Below, piece by piece: positions 23,505-38,506 of a DNA stretch of 64,000 nucleotides. A model generated the notes under the pieces. The model ran no database searches. It was not told the DNA's origin and saw only the letters and a list, made by a program, of their open reading frames with translations. This DNA is from Pocillopora damicornis. Its lineage: Eukaryota. A program made the position numbers and the translations under genes. The stretch covers positions 62,001-126,000 of the forward strand of contig NW_020846920.1 of assembly GCF_003704095.1 (NCBI RefSeq), given 5' to 3'. How positions within the stretch are numbered: position 1 is the stretch's first letter; each line of letters begins with the position of its first letter.

Positions 23505-26500
23505 TCCTCGTCGCTCGGGTCTGCGGAAAGCCGAAACACAGAATTTATTAGTAAGTAAACAATTGACAACAATTGAGAGACAACTCTCGCGATAGATATG
23601 AAAACTGGAATAATATCTAAAATACCCATTTTTCGTAGAAAAGAGATGAATTTCTTACAGGTATTATTTAAATGACTGAAAGGAACTTCTCGATTGTGAA
23701 AATTACGAAAGGTAAGTTTACATCGACATTTTAATGGACGGTTTCGAGGAAGTTACTTGGAAGAACTCATAGTGGTGATGTTGCCGTTGTCTTCGCAGAG
23801 AAGAACTGCCAAATCACTTAACTGTCAGAGAATTAAAGTTCGTTATATTCACATGCTGGAAAGAGCATGAAAAAACAAATGCGAGTTCTAAATTTGCCAC
23901 TGATTACTTCATGATATTTCTATTTTTAATTTCTCTATGTTACAAGATGTCGTTCCTTCTCGGTATAAACTATAAACACTGGAAATATCGACTATGGGAA
24001 CGATTTGAAACATAAGCGCAGTTAAGTTGAAGCGATCGCGAATTACTTAGAAAAAACTTAATATCAATACTCACAAAGAAGCAATAAATGGCTGCCAAAA
24101 ACAGTCGCAGTGACGGAGGATAGACCGCGATTGTTTCGGGAGGCGTGATATTATCCAGGAACCGTTGAGGAAATCAAGTTCACTGACCTTACACCTGCGC
24201 GGGGAGGAGTGATCACTACGACTGCTGCACCACTGGGAGTATAATAAATGTGTGCCATTCAAATTTCCTTTGTACGTGATCAGGTAATATAATCCTTTTT
24301 GCCAAATACAATCATGTTCTTCAAAAGTATGATAACAACGCATTCGATTGATAAATCGTTTTTCAGTCATAAAAGTGAGTGAAGTTTTCAAATGGATCGA
24401 CAGGTCATCGTGACTAACCCTACTTAAAAGTAAACATTTTCTCGATGATTTGAACGCCGCAGTTTAAGAAGGCATAGAGCTGCGCTCAAGCTTCTTAAGA
24501 GCAACCGAGAAAAAAAATTTTCTCTGGGTAAAGGTATATTTGCTTAGCCTAAGTGAAGGAGTCTGGTTTTATCGCATCTGTACGTAATATTGATCTTTCT
24601 TTGATGATTAAAACATTGTCTCATTCGTTTGTAGAAGCTGTGAAAAGTATTTCATTTGATTGATGCTTTAGCTTCAAACGACCGAGGGGTTTAATCTTTT
24701 ATAAAAAAAGATATGTGATACGAAAATTTAAATAAGAAAGAGGAAAAAACCTTTGCAGGAAAAAAGAGGAAAGAGAGAATGGAATGACCTTTCGCTACAT
24801 GTCTTAAGAGGTAGGGAGGCAAGGCTTTTAAGCATAGGACCATGTAATTTTCGAGTGTTATCAATTGTGAGTGATGTTTCAAAGGAGACCTTTCATCTGA
24901 AAGTGCGAATATAACCATATGTCGCAGGTACTGGACAACTACGTAACGTAAGCTGCCGGGTGGTTATTACAGGGAATAAATCGAAAACGCGAATTACTAA
25001 CGCAAATCACTTACGAATAATAATAGGCTGTTTCTTACAACATTGTGACGAAATTCGTCCTCAAAGTAAACAACTTGTGGTAGGTAATCATAAAATGAAA
25101 ACCTCAGACAATCCATGTTGAACAACTCAGTTCCATGTCGAATTTTTAAAGCTAAAGGGAAATTCTGCTTGTAATCAACATTTCTTCTTCTACGTTTGAC
25201 TACTCCTAATGGCTACGGTGTGCGTTTCAGAGCGGGAGCTCCCTTTTTTCTCTTTTTTTTTTTTTCATTTTCGACCGCTAATTTCATCCAAAAATTAGCC
25301 TTATTTTTTCTACCATAGACAGTGCGATCAAAATTCTCAACAACCAAGTCATACCAGTTTGAGGTGCTTGAACTGAACATGATACTTGTGATAGATCGCA
25401 ACGCTTTCTCCTACCCATGATGTCGAGATGATAATTGTAAATGTTCCCCTCACCCTCAATGATCATTGTGTGCAACTGCGAGATCGATCATTTTGTTTTC
25501 TAAATACAATGATGGTAAGAATTTAATGTTTTACATCCCAATCACTGGTGCGTATTACTGAAATTGCGTCTGCAGAGTTTTTTTTCCTCTGCCAAGAAGT
25601 TTCCGTTCGTTAATATAATAAGAAAAGAGAAAACTTATCTAGGGAGAAACATTAAATTGGCGATTTTGATTGACGTAGAGTGCTTTTAGTGGGGGAAGAG
25701 ATAGACTTTATCTCTGATCTAAATACTGACCTTTCCATTGGTATAACTGCTTGTTTGCGATTTATTCAGTGCATAAGACAACTCGAAGTAACACAACTAA
25801 TACACTATTTGAAAATTATAATTCAACTATATCAGAGTAAATCTGATAGCTCGTGAAAAACATTGAACTCTTAAGACAGCCTTTTGTTAAAAGAGACTTA
25901 CTTCAGCTTTTGTTCAGATTGTAATGTTTCTCATTTTTGGCGTTTAACATAAAAAAATAAAAGCATATTGATTTCTACTAACCTTTGTCCTAATTTTTTT
26001 GTCCCCTTTAGCTTTGTTGTGCTTTATACAGGAAGGTGAATGATACAATAGCTAGTAGCATTGCAAGGGTCCCTGATCATGATATCATCGACTAAGTGGA
26101 TGAAGGGAGAGGGAGCAAAAGTTGGTATTGTAGTCAGGCACAAAACGTATATCCTACCCATGCATAAAGTAGATTGATTTTATCAACACCTCGTGAGCAT
26201 GCAATACTCCAGTTGACATGGTAGAAGTGATAAAAACATGAACTCGATTTAGGCTAAATGCCGGGTTTACTAATTTCTTCATATCCGTCACTCGGTAGTT
26301 AACATGAGCCAAAACTTCCCAAGGTATGTCTCGGGGGTTATGATATTGCTATTGAATATGACAAATACTCGCAACTACATTTATTATGTTGAACCGTAGA
26401 AAAACAAACGATCCTCGAGGTATTTACATCAATTTTACAAAATCTGCTTAAACTTGTTCCTCTCTTTTTACACCTAGACAAAGTAAAAGTAGCAAGAGTA

Positions 26501-29500
26501 AAAAATTCAATTGAACGGGGACCTGATTGAAAGAAAACGTGCCGAAATTTTGTAGCAAACTGCTGACAAATTGATATCGAGTGATGTAGTTGTATTCAGA
26601 GGCTTGCAAGCTTTACTTAAGTAATATGCACCAAGCAAAGAAATTTCTTGTTAAGTATTGCAGTTTAAGTTGGTTGTAGATCTAGGTTAGCAGTTTCGTG
26701 ATTTTCGAATGTAAACTAAATCTCTCTATTAGACTATTTTATTTAATTATAACCATTTGGCGAATCAGTTCAAAATTCAATATTCTTCCAAACTGAAATG
26801 AGTCACTGTTCTATAGCAAACCATCAACTGAAGCTCGACATGCAACTAGCTTCTTTTTTTTTTCCATGCGCTCTTTAGGCTGAAATCTATTTTTCTTAAA
26901 CCAAAATGATCAACAGACGTTTCAAAATTACATTATCCGCCAAAACCTTCGGTGAGGGATTCGAAAACATTGCCCTCCGGTTTCGCTTTCCTTTGTTGTG
27001 ATGCAAACTTCCTTAGAGATAAAAACTCAAATTGTAGGAATTACAACTCTACCAATTGAAATTCAGGTCTCAAAGTTTGTTTTTGTGCGTCTGTATGGGT
27101 GCATTATCATATAAATATGTATTGATAGTAACATAACCTAAATATGTTGCTTTTGTGCCAGCTTAATGAGTGCAAGTATATCAAAAGCTCGTTCATCACG
27201 AAAACCTTTTTTATTCTGTTTGTTTACATTTCAACACCGGGATATTTTCTATGAATATGGTCATTGCCGGTGTATGAATGAGCTCCAAAGCCTGAGAAAC
27301 TCTTTCTTTGTTCCGAGTCCTATGTAGCTGTACACTAAGCATCAAGTAACCAATGGAAACGAGCGAAATTAAATTAATACTTATTTATAATAGCGATCTT
27401 TTTCATGAGAGAAGGTCTTGACATAAAGAGAATTTACTTAATAAATATATATCCCCGTTGGCAAAAAATCCGGAAAAAATATTTGTATTTATTTCCGATT
27501 TCTCGGAGGTTTTTTTTATTATTAAAATCTTTGTTACTACTAACGATGCAATTTGCCCATTTCTAGTCTTTTTTGACACTTATTTGTTCGGAATCTGTAC
27601 TTCAATATAGTTTTTGCCTATCCAAGTTCAATGTAGATTAGTGATCTAAATGATTGTCCGTGAGACAAATAAACAACATAAAGGGATATTTTATCATCAA
27701 GTTTACTGTATACGTTTAAAACGATTTCTCGAACGAGAATTTCCATTGCAAAAAGCCGAACATTTAGCTTTCATATACAAATAAAGATGTTAGACCAAAT
27801 AAGTCCATTTATTTTAGGCGGACTATAAAAACCTACACAAAAGGTTGGAAACAAAAGAAAAAACATATATGCCGTGACTGTTAGATATCTAGAGCAAAAT
27901 ATCCGGGAACAAGGGAATATCAAAGCAGAAAAATTAAAGAGGGAAGCTTCTAGTCCGATCGCCTTTGTGAAAATATCCTATTCAAAGAAAAAAAAATATA
28001 TAGAGCAATTATACCTTCTTCCTTGTTTCCATTCATACTCGGCGTATCTAAATACCGCCTACGACTCTCTTTGATTCTACTAAAATAACTTGGGCTCTGA
28101 TCACGTTCAGAGCACCTTTGATCGGACAATTACTTGTTGTTCCCCTTTACTTTGATTCATGTTGAAAGCGTCGCAATATTTCAGTGAAAATACAAATATT
28201 AAAACTACGGCAATAGGAGAAACACATCAACCAAAAGTTTGTCACAAGGACAGTGAGTGTCTTACCGGAAAGATGAAATATCACAACATAAGAAATGTAA
28301 TGTCTTTGAAATTGATAAAGGGGAGATTTTGATGTGGATTTTTTCCTTATACCTTTTGAAAATTTATTTGTTGCATCTTGCAATAACGCCGATGAAGAAA
28401 GCGCTTGTAGTGTACCACGCGAAAGATTACGATCACTTAGCACTTCAGAGACATGAGTTGTCATTATCTTTATGAATCTGAACTTTAATGAAACCTCGCG
28501 GTACAAAAAAATAATATTATCGAAACGACTTTCATCTACATAATAAAAAGATTATTTTCCTTCCATGCAGAATGTTTATAGAAAGATTTCGGGTTTTAAT
28601 ACATATCTTTTTGGCATTACAATATTGCCCTCAATTAATTCTTAGAAAAACGGACGTTTGCACATACACCTTCCACGGTGACCCTCAAATTAGATCACAA
28701 AGACATAGATTCGAATTTTGTTCTGGGAGACTAAAATTTCTGTAGAGGAAATCATTGTGATATTCCCTTTGATTTATAATGCTGTTTGGACTTACCAGTC
28801 CTGGAGCCACTGGAAAATACGATGAACAAAATATTCGAGGGTTTTTAAGCATCCTTATTCACCACTAATAAGCTTAGTTACTTTTGTGGTCAAATTAATT
28901 TTCCTTCGCGGTTAATATTATATATAAAAAAGTAGTATAATACCTTTTTTCTTCAACGTTTCTTTCCTTCCTTAGAGTTAAATGCTGAGGATAAGAGGAG
29001 GAGAAGATTCTCAGCGGGAATTGAAGCTTCTTGCCTAAAACCATGCACTTGAGTTGAAATTAAAACCCCCTTTGCTCAGCAGAACTTTACATATGTAAAT
29101 TAAATACGTATGCAGGTTGATTTGATTATCTTGAAAACAGAGAAGTTTACTGCCGTGGAATATCTCACTTATATCGATTAGATGTGTTCGAGGTCTGGGA
29201 AAGCGCGACTGATTTTCTATACAGAAAGACAGTGATTACCACTCTCTGGTTTTTGTTGCCTTAATATATGTATATATATTATATATTTTTGTCTTTTCAA
29301 TATATAAATTGACACCAAAAAATGTTCCTTGTCCCAAATTTGAATTTCTTTTCAAAGAATATGCCGATGCAATTTAAGGGTTAAGTCGCCATTAAGAGAA
29401 ATAGTGATAATCTTTTTTACCGAGCTGTCAAGGTAAAAAAAAGGAGCGAGAAACGTGGTCCTAAATTAACCAAAAAATCAAGCTTTGCAATTTATCAATG

Positions 29501-31804
29501 TTAGTCATAAGATAAAGAAAACTTGTTTATATGCATATAAAAGTATAAACTAGCAAGCATCTGTCAGGTAAGGGTCAAGACCGGAACAAGATAAAAGTTT
29601 TTTAATAAAATGCAATTTGACAAGCTTAATTGTTAACAAAAGCCAAGTTCTGGATTTTTTTTTGTTCCAATTTAATTCTGAATTGGTTCAATTTATAACT
29701 TCCAAACTCCTGTATATTATGTTTTTCATGAACAGAGTGTCAAATATATGATTTAGTCGGATCCTTATCAATCAAAGCCATAAAAATCGTGAAATATAAT
29801 CGGGTTGATAAATTGAGTAACTTAATATGAATACACTGTGTAATTCAAATTGTGTCGTGAATTTCTCTTTTTTGTTTACCCTTTATAACGTCACTTGTCA
29901 AGCCCTCCAATAGCAGAAGGCCCTAGGTATCTCTTTTAGGTAATTGCTCAACTGTATTTAAAAGATGACACGTGTGACCACGGAGGGAAATAAAAGCCTA
30001 AGTGATATCAGAAGTAGACGGTCAATATGTATCAATCGGCGTCTTTGAAAATTAAGGGGTGACATTATATTCATACGAAGCTAAAAGACTACGTCTTCAC
30101 TGGATGTACCTTAAGGTTTGAGATGTTTAAAAAACTTTAAAAGTTTTTTCGTCTGTAAACCGTGTAAATGGTCGCCATCTTTGACTTCCCTTCCTTTCTG
30201 GTTTATTCTTCCCTTGTATTGTATAATGAATTCCTGTCCTCTTAATTTTTAATCGCCAAAAGGACTCAAACAATCGTAGCTCTTTCAGTCTAACTGATTT
30301 CATAACTGTTTAAAAAATCAACAACAACAACAAACAAAAAAGAGACAAAAGAATGAACAAACAAACAAAATCAACAACAACAACTACAATAGGCAGCAGC
30401 TGCTTGTGAACAACGCGTCGTGGGTTTGCGTTTTCCGGCAGATTGCTCTTTTCGAAAATGGCGACGTCCATATCCGAGCTTTTACCAAAATTGGGGAAAA
30501 TTAAAAAATAAGGAAGTTTTCCACGTAGTTTATCAAATGGCGGATCTGGAATTGGGGTAACTACCGAAACGTCCGAAAAACAACCCTGAAACGAAAGAAA
30601 TAATGCAAATGTATTAATATAGAAATAATAATGTAAATTAAAAATTTTTTTAAAGTCATGGGTACATGTTTCCGTGGGAATTTCCATGTTAATAGCTTGC
30701 TCTGTGACACTCACAAACTCTTGATTCTCGCTGCTCCTCGTCATATGTAGCGCATGGACGATTCGAAAACCCTTCAAATTAGGTCTTTAAGTTGATCATA
30801 GCACTAATCTGAAACATTCGAAGTCCGTATCAATTTAATAAATGTCGAAACAGCAGTGTAAAGACAATAAACATCGCAACGATCGATGCAGTCACAATGG
30901 CGCCAGGACTTCGGACTTCTTCGGAAGGACAGATCTCGAGTTCGGAACCTACTAATTACGACTAATTACGAAGAGTCCACGCCAATTTGCATATCCTAAA
31001 GTGCCCGCAACAACTAGTATCTAAGCTATCGCGTATCCTCGAGTTAAAAACAATAACGAACAAAAGTAGAACACAAATTGTTTTTCTGTGAATGACATAT
31101 CACCTATCGCATAGTCTGTGCAAATGGACTAAAATTCAAAAATGGGAGTCTCTTTTAATGTTATTGTTACTAAAATTAAGTCCATTATCAGTCTGATTCG
31201 TCGGCACCAAATGAATTATTTATAAAGAGAAATTTTCTTTCTTTCCATCTCTCTCTTTTTTCCTTATTTTTTGTTATTTTTCTGTTCTTTTTCCATGCCT
31301 GTAAGGGAAGATGAATCAGCTTGTTTTTGCAAACTACACAATGCTACTTTGCCACTTGAGCGTTTCGAGTTAAGCAAATTCTGAAAAAATCATACCGGCT
31401 GGAAAAAGCTTGTTTGAACTTTATGTTATTAAATTTTAACGAGGGACCTGCTAAGTTGATATTTACCTTTTCACTGAATTAATTTCAACGATAGCAAACG
31501 TACATGATAAGAAAAATAACGAAAAAGGTTGAATAAATGAAATCTTGAAGAGGGAAGGTTCACAATTTTTTAGATTTATAAATCGAGATTGGAATATGAA
31601 CACAATTTATATTACTGAACGTATCACGTGTCTACTTCTCAACCAGTAAGATTAACTTTTGAAGGCTGAAAGTATGCCAGGTGTTTACTTAGACACCTCA
31701 AATCGTTTTTCTCCGTTTTGAAGGGAGGTATTACCTGATCGTCTCTGTTGGTCATTTTTTCAGCTTTTATTACAAAGGCACAAATTGATTTGCTCTCGAC
31801 TTCG

Positions 31805-34800
31805 ATGGCTTCAGAAAACAGCATCGGGATATCGTCGAGACAATTTGTGACCATCTTAAAGAAATTCGATAAAGACGGTCAGTAAAGCGTTATACCAACA
31901 AAGCATTATACCATCTGCTGCATGAACTTTATTGTTATTCTCATATTTCTCCTTACTTACTCTAACTCGACGATTAAATTTACAGGTGATGGAGACATCA
32001 AACTGAGCCAACTAGATGCGTTTTTGGAGGCATTTGTGGACGAGGTATTTATTTTTTTTCAAGAATATTTTTATCAGAAGTGAGCCACTCCTATCACAAA
32101 ATTTCTATCTCACAAATTTTCGGGCATTTAAAACAATTTATGTCAACAATTATTTTCTAATTTTATAGCCACTGCTTGATATCGTAGAGAAGTCGCAATT
32201 TTCTACCGTAAAATTAACTCATGTTACTTTTCTATGCTTAAAATTGCCTATGCTGAAATATTGTCAAAAAAGATGTAAATTAAGAATTACCTGCTGCCAC
32301 CCGCCAAGATACAATTGCCATTTTATATTTTAGTTTCCTGTGGAACAGTTTTCTCGATCGATATTTAGCAATTTAGGTGAAGTTGTTTGCGAAACGTTTT
32401 CATATGCGATTTCAAGTGAAATCAGTTCAACATTCACCCTGATTTATCGAGCTGCATTGCTCGCTGCGAAAACCATTATGGTAAACAGTCCTTTTTAAGC
32501 CATTGTGCAGCTGGCTGTGTTATAAAAAAAGGGGTCATTACGGGGAGAAATATTTTATTTTGGCTAAAGGAATGAGACATTTGTACCGTAAGACAGCGTA
32601 TATAAACCGTTGGGAATCGAAACTCAGTATCAAGAACTTTTGCGTTTGATTTGATAAGAAATTTCCTGGTTAACCAAAATACCTAAATTTCGAAAATTTG
32701 AAGTATTATGCGCAGGCTTCTCTATACCTCAGAGCCTCAGAGCCATTCGACGTATGGTAATAATTAAATTTTAATTCGCTGCTTCAAAAACATAGAGGAT
32801 AATTATTAGAGACTACGACCCCGGGAGGCGCCGGTAAAAAGGATCGTTAGTTTTGCATATAAATTTTACATCACCTAGTTTCCTCTCCCCACCTACGTGT
32901 ATATTAATAGCATATAATGGTGGAGGGGAGACACGTTTTCGTAACATTATAAGTTAAACCGTTAACAAGATGAGAACATCAAATCGTGGCTGTAGTTATG
33001 TAAGATGCGTAATTTTGAACAATTTCAGATTCAAACCTTCATTCTCCACTTACGTTAAGAGCAACTGGCTATTGATTTCATATAGAGTTTTGGCAAAACA
33101 AAATTTTTACAATTTTAGCGCACCGTTTTCAATTATTTTCCTAACACATATTTTGTTTGGCTCTGGCTTTTTTATTTGTCTTAGCCTGTGGTGTTTTATT
33201 TTTGCACTAATGCCTTAGGACTTAACAGAGAAGACATTTTTTTGATGACAATTACGCATCTGGGTGGTTTAAAGGGGGAAGGGAGACACGAGGTTTTTGA
33301 GCAGTTTTCAATTAAGCGTCGAAAGTAACTTATTATGATTGCTTTGGTTTTACTTAACTTTGCTCTCTGATTGGTCCAACAAACTCGAGCCATCCTACCA
33401 AACAATCAGATCCAAAATAGAAACAATGGCAACTTGGTCATTCGTGGTCATTCCCCACGCTGCAAGCAGTTTGCTTTTTCTTAAACTTTGAGTTCTCGTT
33501 GGCTAATAATAATGTAAAACTTTGGATTTGATTAGTCGCTTAGACACGTTTGGTTTTGGGTTTTCAACACTCAATTGCTTTAAGCCGTTATTATTATGTT
33601 GCATTAGAGCACAATCAACTAAACTTGCCTCGTACAGCATGACTTGCATACCAATTGATAAACGAACTTATAATTCTTGTATCATAATTACTCGCAATTT
33701 TCAGAGAGATTTGTTCATTGCATTTTAGTTTCTCATAATCGTTTCAATCCCGGTCTTCAGGGTCTGATAGAAAAATGCAGAGCTGTAGAAATTGCTGAAA
33801 AAATCCGCGAAGAACAGCAAGATGGCGATGAAGTATCTATGACAACGGTAATAAATTTTTTTTTTTTTCGTGTCACATGGATGCGAGCATAACTTAATTT
33901 GTTACACTAATAATTTCTTTAAAATTGCGTGGCTATGTAAAGAAAAAACTGAAAAGCTACTTCTTTAAATTGATTCAGCTAATATCTAAAAAAGGCTCTG
34001 CTTTTGTTTTGTATAGCTGACAAAGGAAATAGCACCCGTTAACTTCCTAACAGTTGAATTCGGGGAGCAGAAAACAAGAATTACGAGTGTGGATTTTATG
34101 AAGGTAGAGATTGATGAGTGCTTTCTTAGAGTACATTAGGACTTTTTGTGAAGTCTTTCTGGGCCAGCGGATGTTGATCAGATTCAGATGCAACTGTTCC
34201 GAGACAATCGCAAAAGCTCACGCGGTAATCCTGACGACCTCAGGTAATACTGGCTGAGATCATAGCTGTCAATAAAACAAGATTAATAATTGTGATTGAC
34301 GTGAGTAGAGTGCAATTTAGTTTGAAATCATACGCGTGATTATAAAATAAAACGAGTGCGCAGCGCGAGTTTGATTTGAAATCACAAGTATGATTTTCGA
34401 CTAAACTTGCACGACACGAAGTTCAATTACCACTTTATTACATCCTTTTTGAAATCAAAAAATTCAGCCGCTCAAATATAGGATTTTCACGAACATTTTA
34501 TTGATCCAGTCTTAGGCTGGTTTTTTAAAAAGTTGTCTTTCATTTTTCGCTAATTTGAGCGTTACTTTAAACAAGCCTTGAAATATTATTGGTTGTCGTG
34601 TTTGAATAAAGGTTTCTCATATGCTGGGAAAAAGATAAGAGCCAACCAGATTGCAAGGATCGCTGGTGATTTGAAAATGGATGTCAATAAAGGAATATAT
34701 AAATTAGGAGATAAATAAATAAAGATCAAAATATAGCAGTTTCGAACTTATGAAATACTTTCTTCATAGCTTTGGAATAACTATGATGTTGATAATAGTG

Positions 34801-37800
34801 GACATTTGGATAGAGTGGAGCTGCAGGTAACAATTGTAGTAATATTTAATGACGATAGTGATTCTAATAATTAATTATGATAATAGGACTGAGTGGAGTT
34901 CAGTTCGGTCTGTAATCACACGAGTGATCAGAATTGGACGACACGGAGTCCTGTTACCAATTAACCGTGACCGTTGTATTATATATATGTAGAAAACGGT
35001 CTTCATTTAGATGTGTCGGCTGGTATGGTGCGTAGCTTATTTCATGGATACATTACGAGTCTAAATTTTTTTCTGGTAATTAAATAAGTCACTCGTTTTT
35101 TAACGCTTCATCTTTTCCTTTTTTTAAGTTAAAGATTTGTACATTAAAAAATTAATAATATATATCTTATTATGTATATTTACATAAAGATACATACATT
35201 GTGCTCTTTCGACTTGCCGACAAACGATACCGCTTTGATTACGCTACGCTGACTATACATTCACAGCCGTACAACACGACGAAATCGATTCCTTCTACCA
35301 TCACCTTAAAGGACAAAACACTGACATACAGTTTACCAGAGAAATCGAAGAAATTGGCAAACTACCTTTTCTAGACTGCCTGGTAAGCCATGACGACAAC
35401 TCACTACGGACAACAGTTTACAGGAAACCGACACATACAGACAGATTACCGGACGAGTCATCCTACAACCCGACATTACACAAGGCCACAACTATCAGGA
35501 CTCTCATGCGACGAGCGCAGCTAATATGCAACAGAGAGCTTGTCCGACGAAAACAAGTACCTTGACCGTGTTTTTTCAAAGAACAACTATAACGAAGACT
35601 TCATCCGACGAAACACTCACCGACCTATTACTACTACCGAAGCTAACGACAACACAACCCTTACGACTATAGCAAGTATACCGTACATAAAGGGCATATC
35701 TGAGAACATCTCGCGCATCCTACAACCATTCAATATCCGCGTCGCTCACAAACCCATTATCACACTACGTTAGTTACTGACTAACTTCAAAGACCAAGAC
35801 GAACCGAGGAACAGGCAAAGAGCAGTTAATAACATCAATTGCTCCGACTTCCACGCCTCCTACATCGGTGAGACTGGCAGAAACCTCACAACTAGACTGA
35901 CTAAACACAAACGAGCGACGAGAAAAGGCGATGTCAAAAATCACATTGCTGAACATCACCGACATACGAAACACGCTATCGACTGGGGTTCTGTGCATTG
36001 CCTAATCTTCAGCAACAACTACTTTCAACGACTGACTCCAGAAAGCTTGTTTACTAACTTGGAACAGACTCCCCTCAACAGGTGTCAACCACTACTGGTA
36101 CCATACAAACGACTCATCCACGACATTAACATTACAAACGACGGATCGAGACTGACCAATCACGACCGACCTACGCCACTTGAGTCTTACAGCCAGTGAC
36201 ATCACGGCAAAACTGACCAATCAGTTTATACAAACTGGACTAAGAACATTGGACTGACAACAACTATTCTTTTGACTCTGACTTCCACTCAGGTTGTCGA
36301 AAAGTCAGTCACCACTACTGACAACAGTCCTTCTCAGGACTACACTCACCCGGACGATCAAACTACACTATTACAGTAATAATACCTTAGCATGACAACT
36401 CTGTTCCTTTTGCCTTAATTTTTCCGATAATAACATCTTATTAATCTTTTTAGAAATTTTTTTACGATATTGTAACAAAGAACAAGGGCGAGGGAGACAC
36501 TGAGGATACGGAAGAATTAGAAAAGAAAGTTGATCATTACATCAAAACTATGGTAAGACATCAATGGCTCAGGTAACTTGATAATAGTTTAGTATTCCAT
36601 TTTGATTTCCAGTAATTTTAAAAAGCCAAAATTGTTTTAGTACGTAATATGTATAGGTGTACAACATGCATTTTAAAGGTCAAGTTTTATTCTGGAGGGA
36701 TCATACACTTCTTGGTTTATTGCGGTGTTTTATTTTTGTTTTTTTCTTTTTTTCGGGAAAGATATAATATGGACCAGTATTATTTCCAAGTAAATGTATT
36801 AAACAAATAAGACAAGATACCTGTGTTTGAATGAACATTTCTAAGACCAATAACATAGAGAATACATGCGTCATAGTTATAGAGTCAGTTATGAAAGCGG
36901 AAATAAGTGGACACTGCAAACTATTTTTCGCAGTTTGAAATGCTGAACATTCAAGGGGATAAAGTCAGCCTGGATAAAATGTGCAAGTAAGTAAAGACCC
37001 AAACATAATTCGTCAATTATCTCCGTTTATTCTTTAGATAGTGAGAAGAATCATAATTCATAAGAATAATAGTAAGTACACATTTTCTGTTCTCAATCTC
37101 TACACCTAATTTTTCATAATTAGTCGAGTAGTCGTGAAATTCCTATCAATCATATCAATCATGAAACATCTATATTTCGGTATGGTGTTTGCTTTAGTCA
37201 AGTTAAATCTGTCTTGTCTGGTTACAATAAAGAAATTCAAGTCGTAACCACACTTGACTTAAGAAATCGAAATGGAGCTTAATCGAACCTTTTGAAAATT
37301 TGTAAGAAGTCATATTTATGAATCTTATTTTTCGTCCTGTTTACCCATCTCTAATGACGCAACTTTGTTTGTAGATTTTGCCCTGTCGAGGAAAACTTTC
37401 TGGAGCAATACGAGGTAAGAGAAACCCGCGTAGAAAGACTAATTTACAAATATCATATAAAATCCCTTTACTTTATTTGCATCAATCGAGATGTATCTGA
37501 AATAGGTTCCCAATTGTATGATGAAACAAAGAAAACTTTGAAAGAGAGGTCTAAACAGGATATTCTAATCTTTTGCTTAAATAGCTGTTTTACACTTTTT
37601 TCCAAATACATTCCAGGCTTTTACTGCCGAAAAATTCGAAGAGATATTTGCACATTACGACCAGGTAAGCGTCAAAACATAGTTATCATCACCATTGCAA
37701 ATTTTAGCCTTATCTATTGGCTTTTGAGCTTTGCTCTCGTTATTATTGTAGGCTCTCGTTATTATTGTAGGGATTGATTATTAGTATTGCCAAGAGTGTT

Positions 37801-38506
37801 GGTTTTTTAGGTAGCGTTGGTATTGAAATTTTTGCTAGTTTCGTAGGGAACATAACTATTTCTCACTCCTCAGGACAAAAGTAACGAAATTGAAGGGTGT
37901 GAGCTTGAAGGTTTCCTCAAAGACCTCTACGATAGAATACAGGTTAGCCATATGCCTTTACACCCTAACATCGGTATACATATTTGTCATACTGTTCTCT
38001 ATACATTTCCTCAGGTGAATGGCAATGATCACTCCTAGTGGTCAAAGGATTAAAGAAAAAAAAAATCAGTGAATCACCAGATAAAGACAGAGAAAAACTA
38101 ACCACAATTTTGTAATGCGTTGTTATAATGACCGTAAAGTAAGTTGCTTAGGAAAATATCTCAGTAAGTTACGCAGAGTTTGTGAAATTTTTTTAATGTA
38201 TGGCAACGTAGGCAGCTTGATATTGTAGGTAGTGTTAACAGCATACTGAATATTAAAAAAAATAACAAAAACAAAAGTTACAAGTAGAAAACGAAAATAA
38301 TCTTCCTTTCCTCACTCAATTCCTTAATCTGTTCAGATGTTTTCCTTGCAAGTTAAACGCTGATGCAGATTCATTTATTTGTTTGTTTCCCGCAGCCGGG
38401 TCAGTCCTTTGAAAAGTTTAAAGAAAAGATGAAGGAATTTGACGAAGACAAGAACAAGAAATTTAGGAAGGAGGAAGTGAAGAACATTTTGGCCAAACTG
38501 TTATGA
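31805..38506 (+). CDS. Divergent hexa-EF-hand calbindin/calretinin/secretagogin-like protein (11 exons)
   Basis: MASENSIGISSRQFVTILKKFDKDG|DGDIKLSQLDAFLEAFVDE|GLIEK..|LTKEIAPVNFL..SVDFMK|LWNNYDVDNSGHLDRVELQ|KFFYDIV..|FEMLNIQGDKV..|FCPVEENFLEQYE|AFTAEKFEEIFAHYDQ|DKSNEIEGCELEGFLKDL..|PGQSFEKF..DEDKNKKFRKEEVKNILAKLL*, joined by GT-AG introns. Confidence 0.85.
33299..33577. mobile_element. MITE-like intronic repeat
   Basis: Imperfect inverted ends caattaagcgtcgaaa / tttcaacactcaattg, with internal tctgattgg / caatcaga inverted motifs. Confidence 0.5.
35255..36375 (+). mobile_element. 5'-truncated, decayed Penelope-like retroelement (RT C-terminus + GIY-YIG endonuclease + terminal repeat) in a calbindin intron
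   Basis: IQFTREIEEIGKLPFLDCLV..TTVYRKPTHTD..HKATTIRTL; IPYIKGISENISRIL; INCSDFHASYIGETGRNLTTRLTKH; contains stops and frameshifts. The 3' tail has a broken hammerhead remnant at 36274-36310. Confidence 0.9.
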
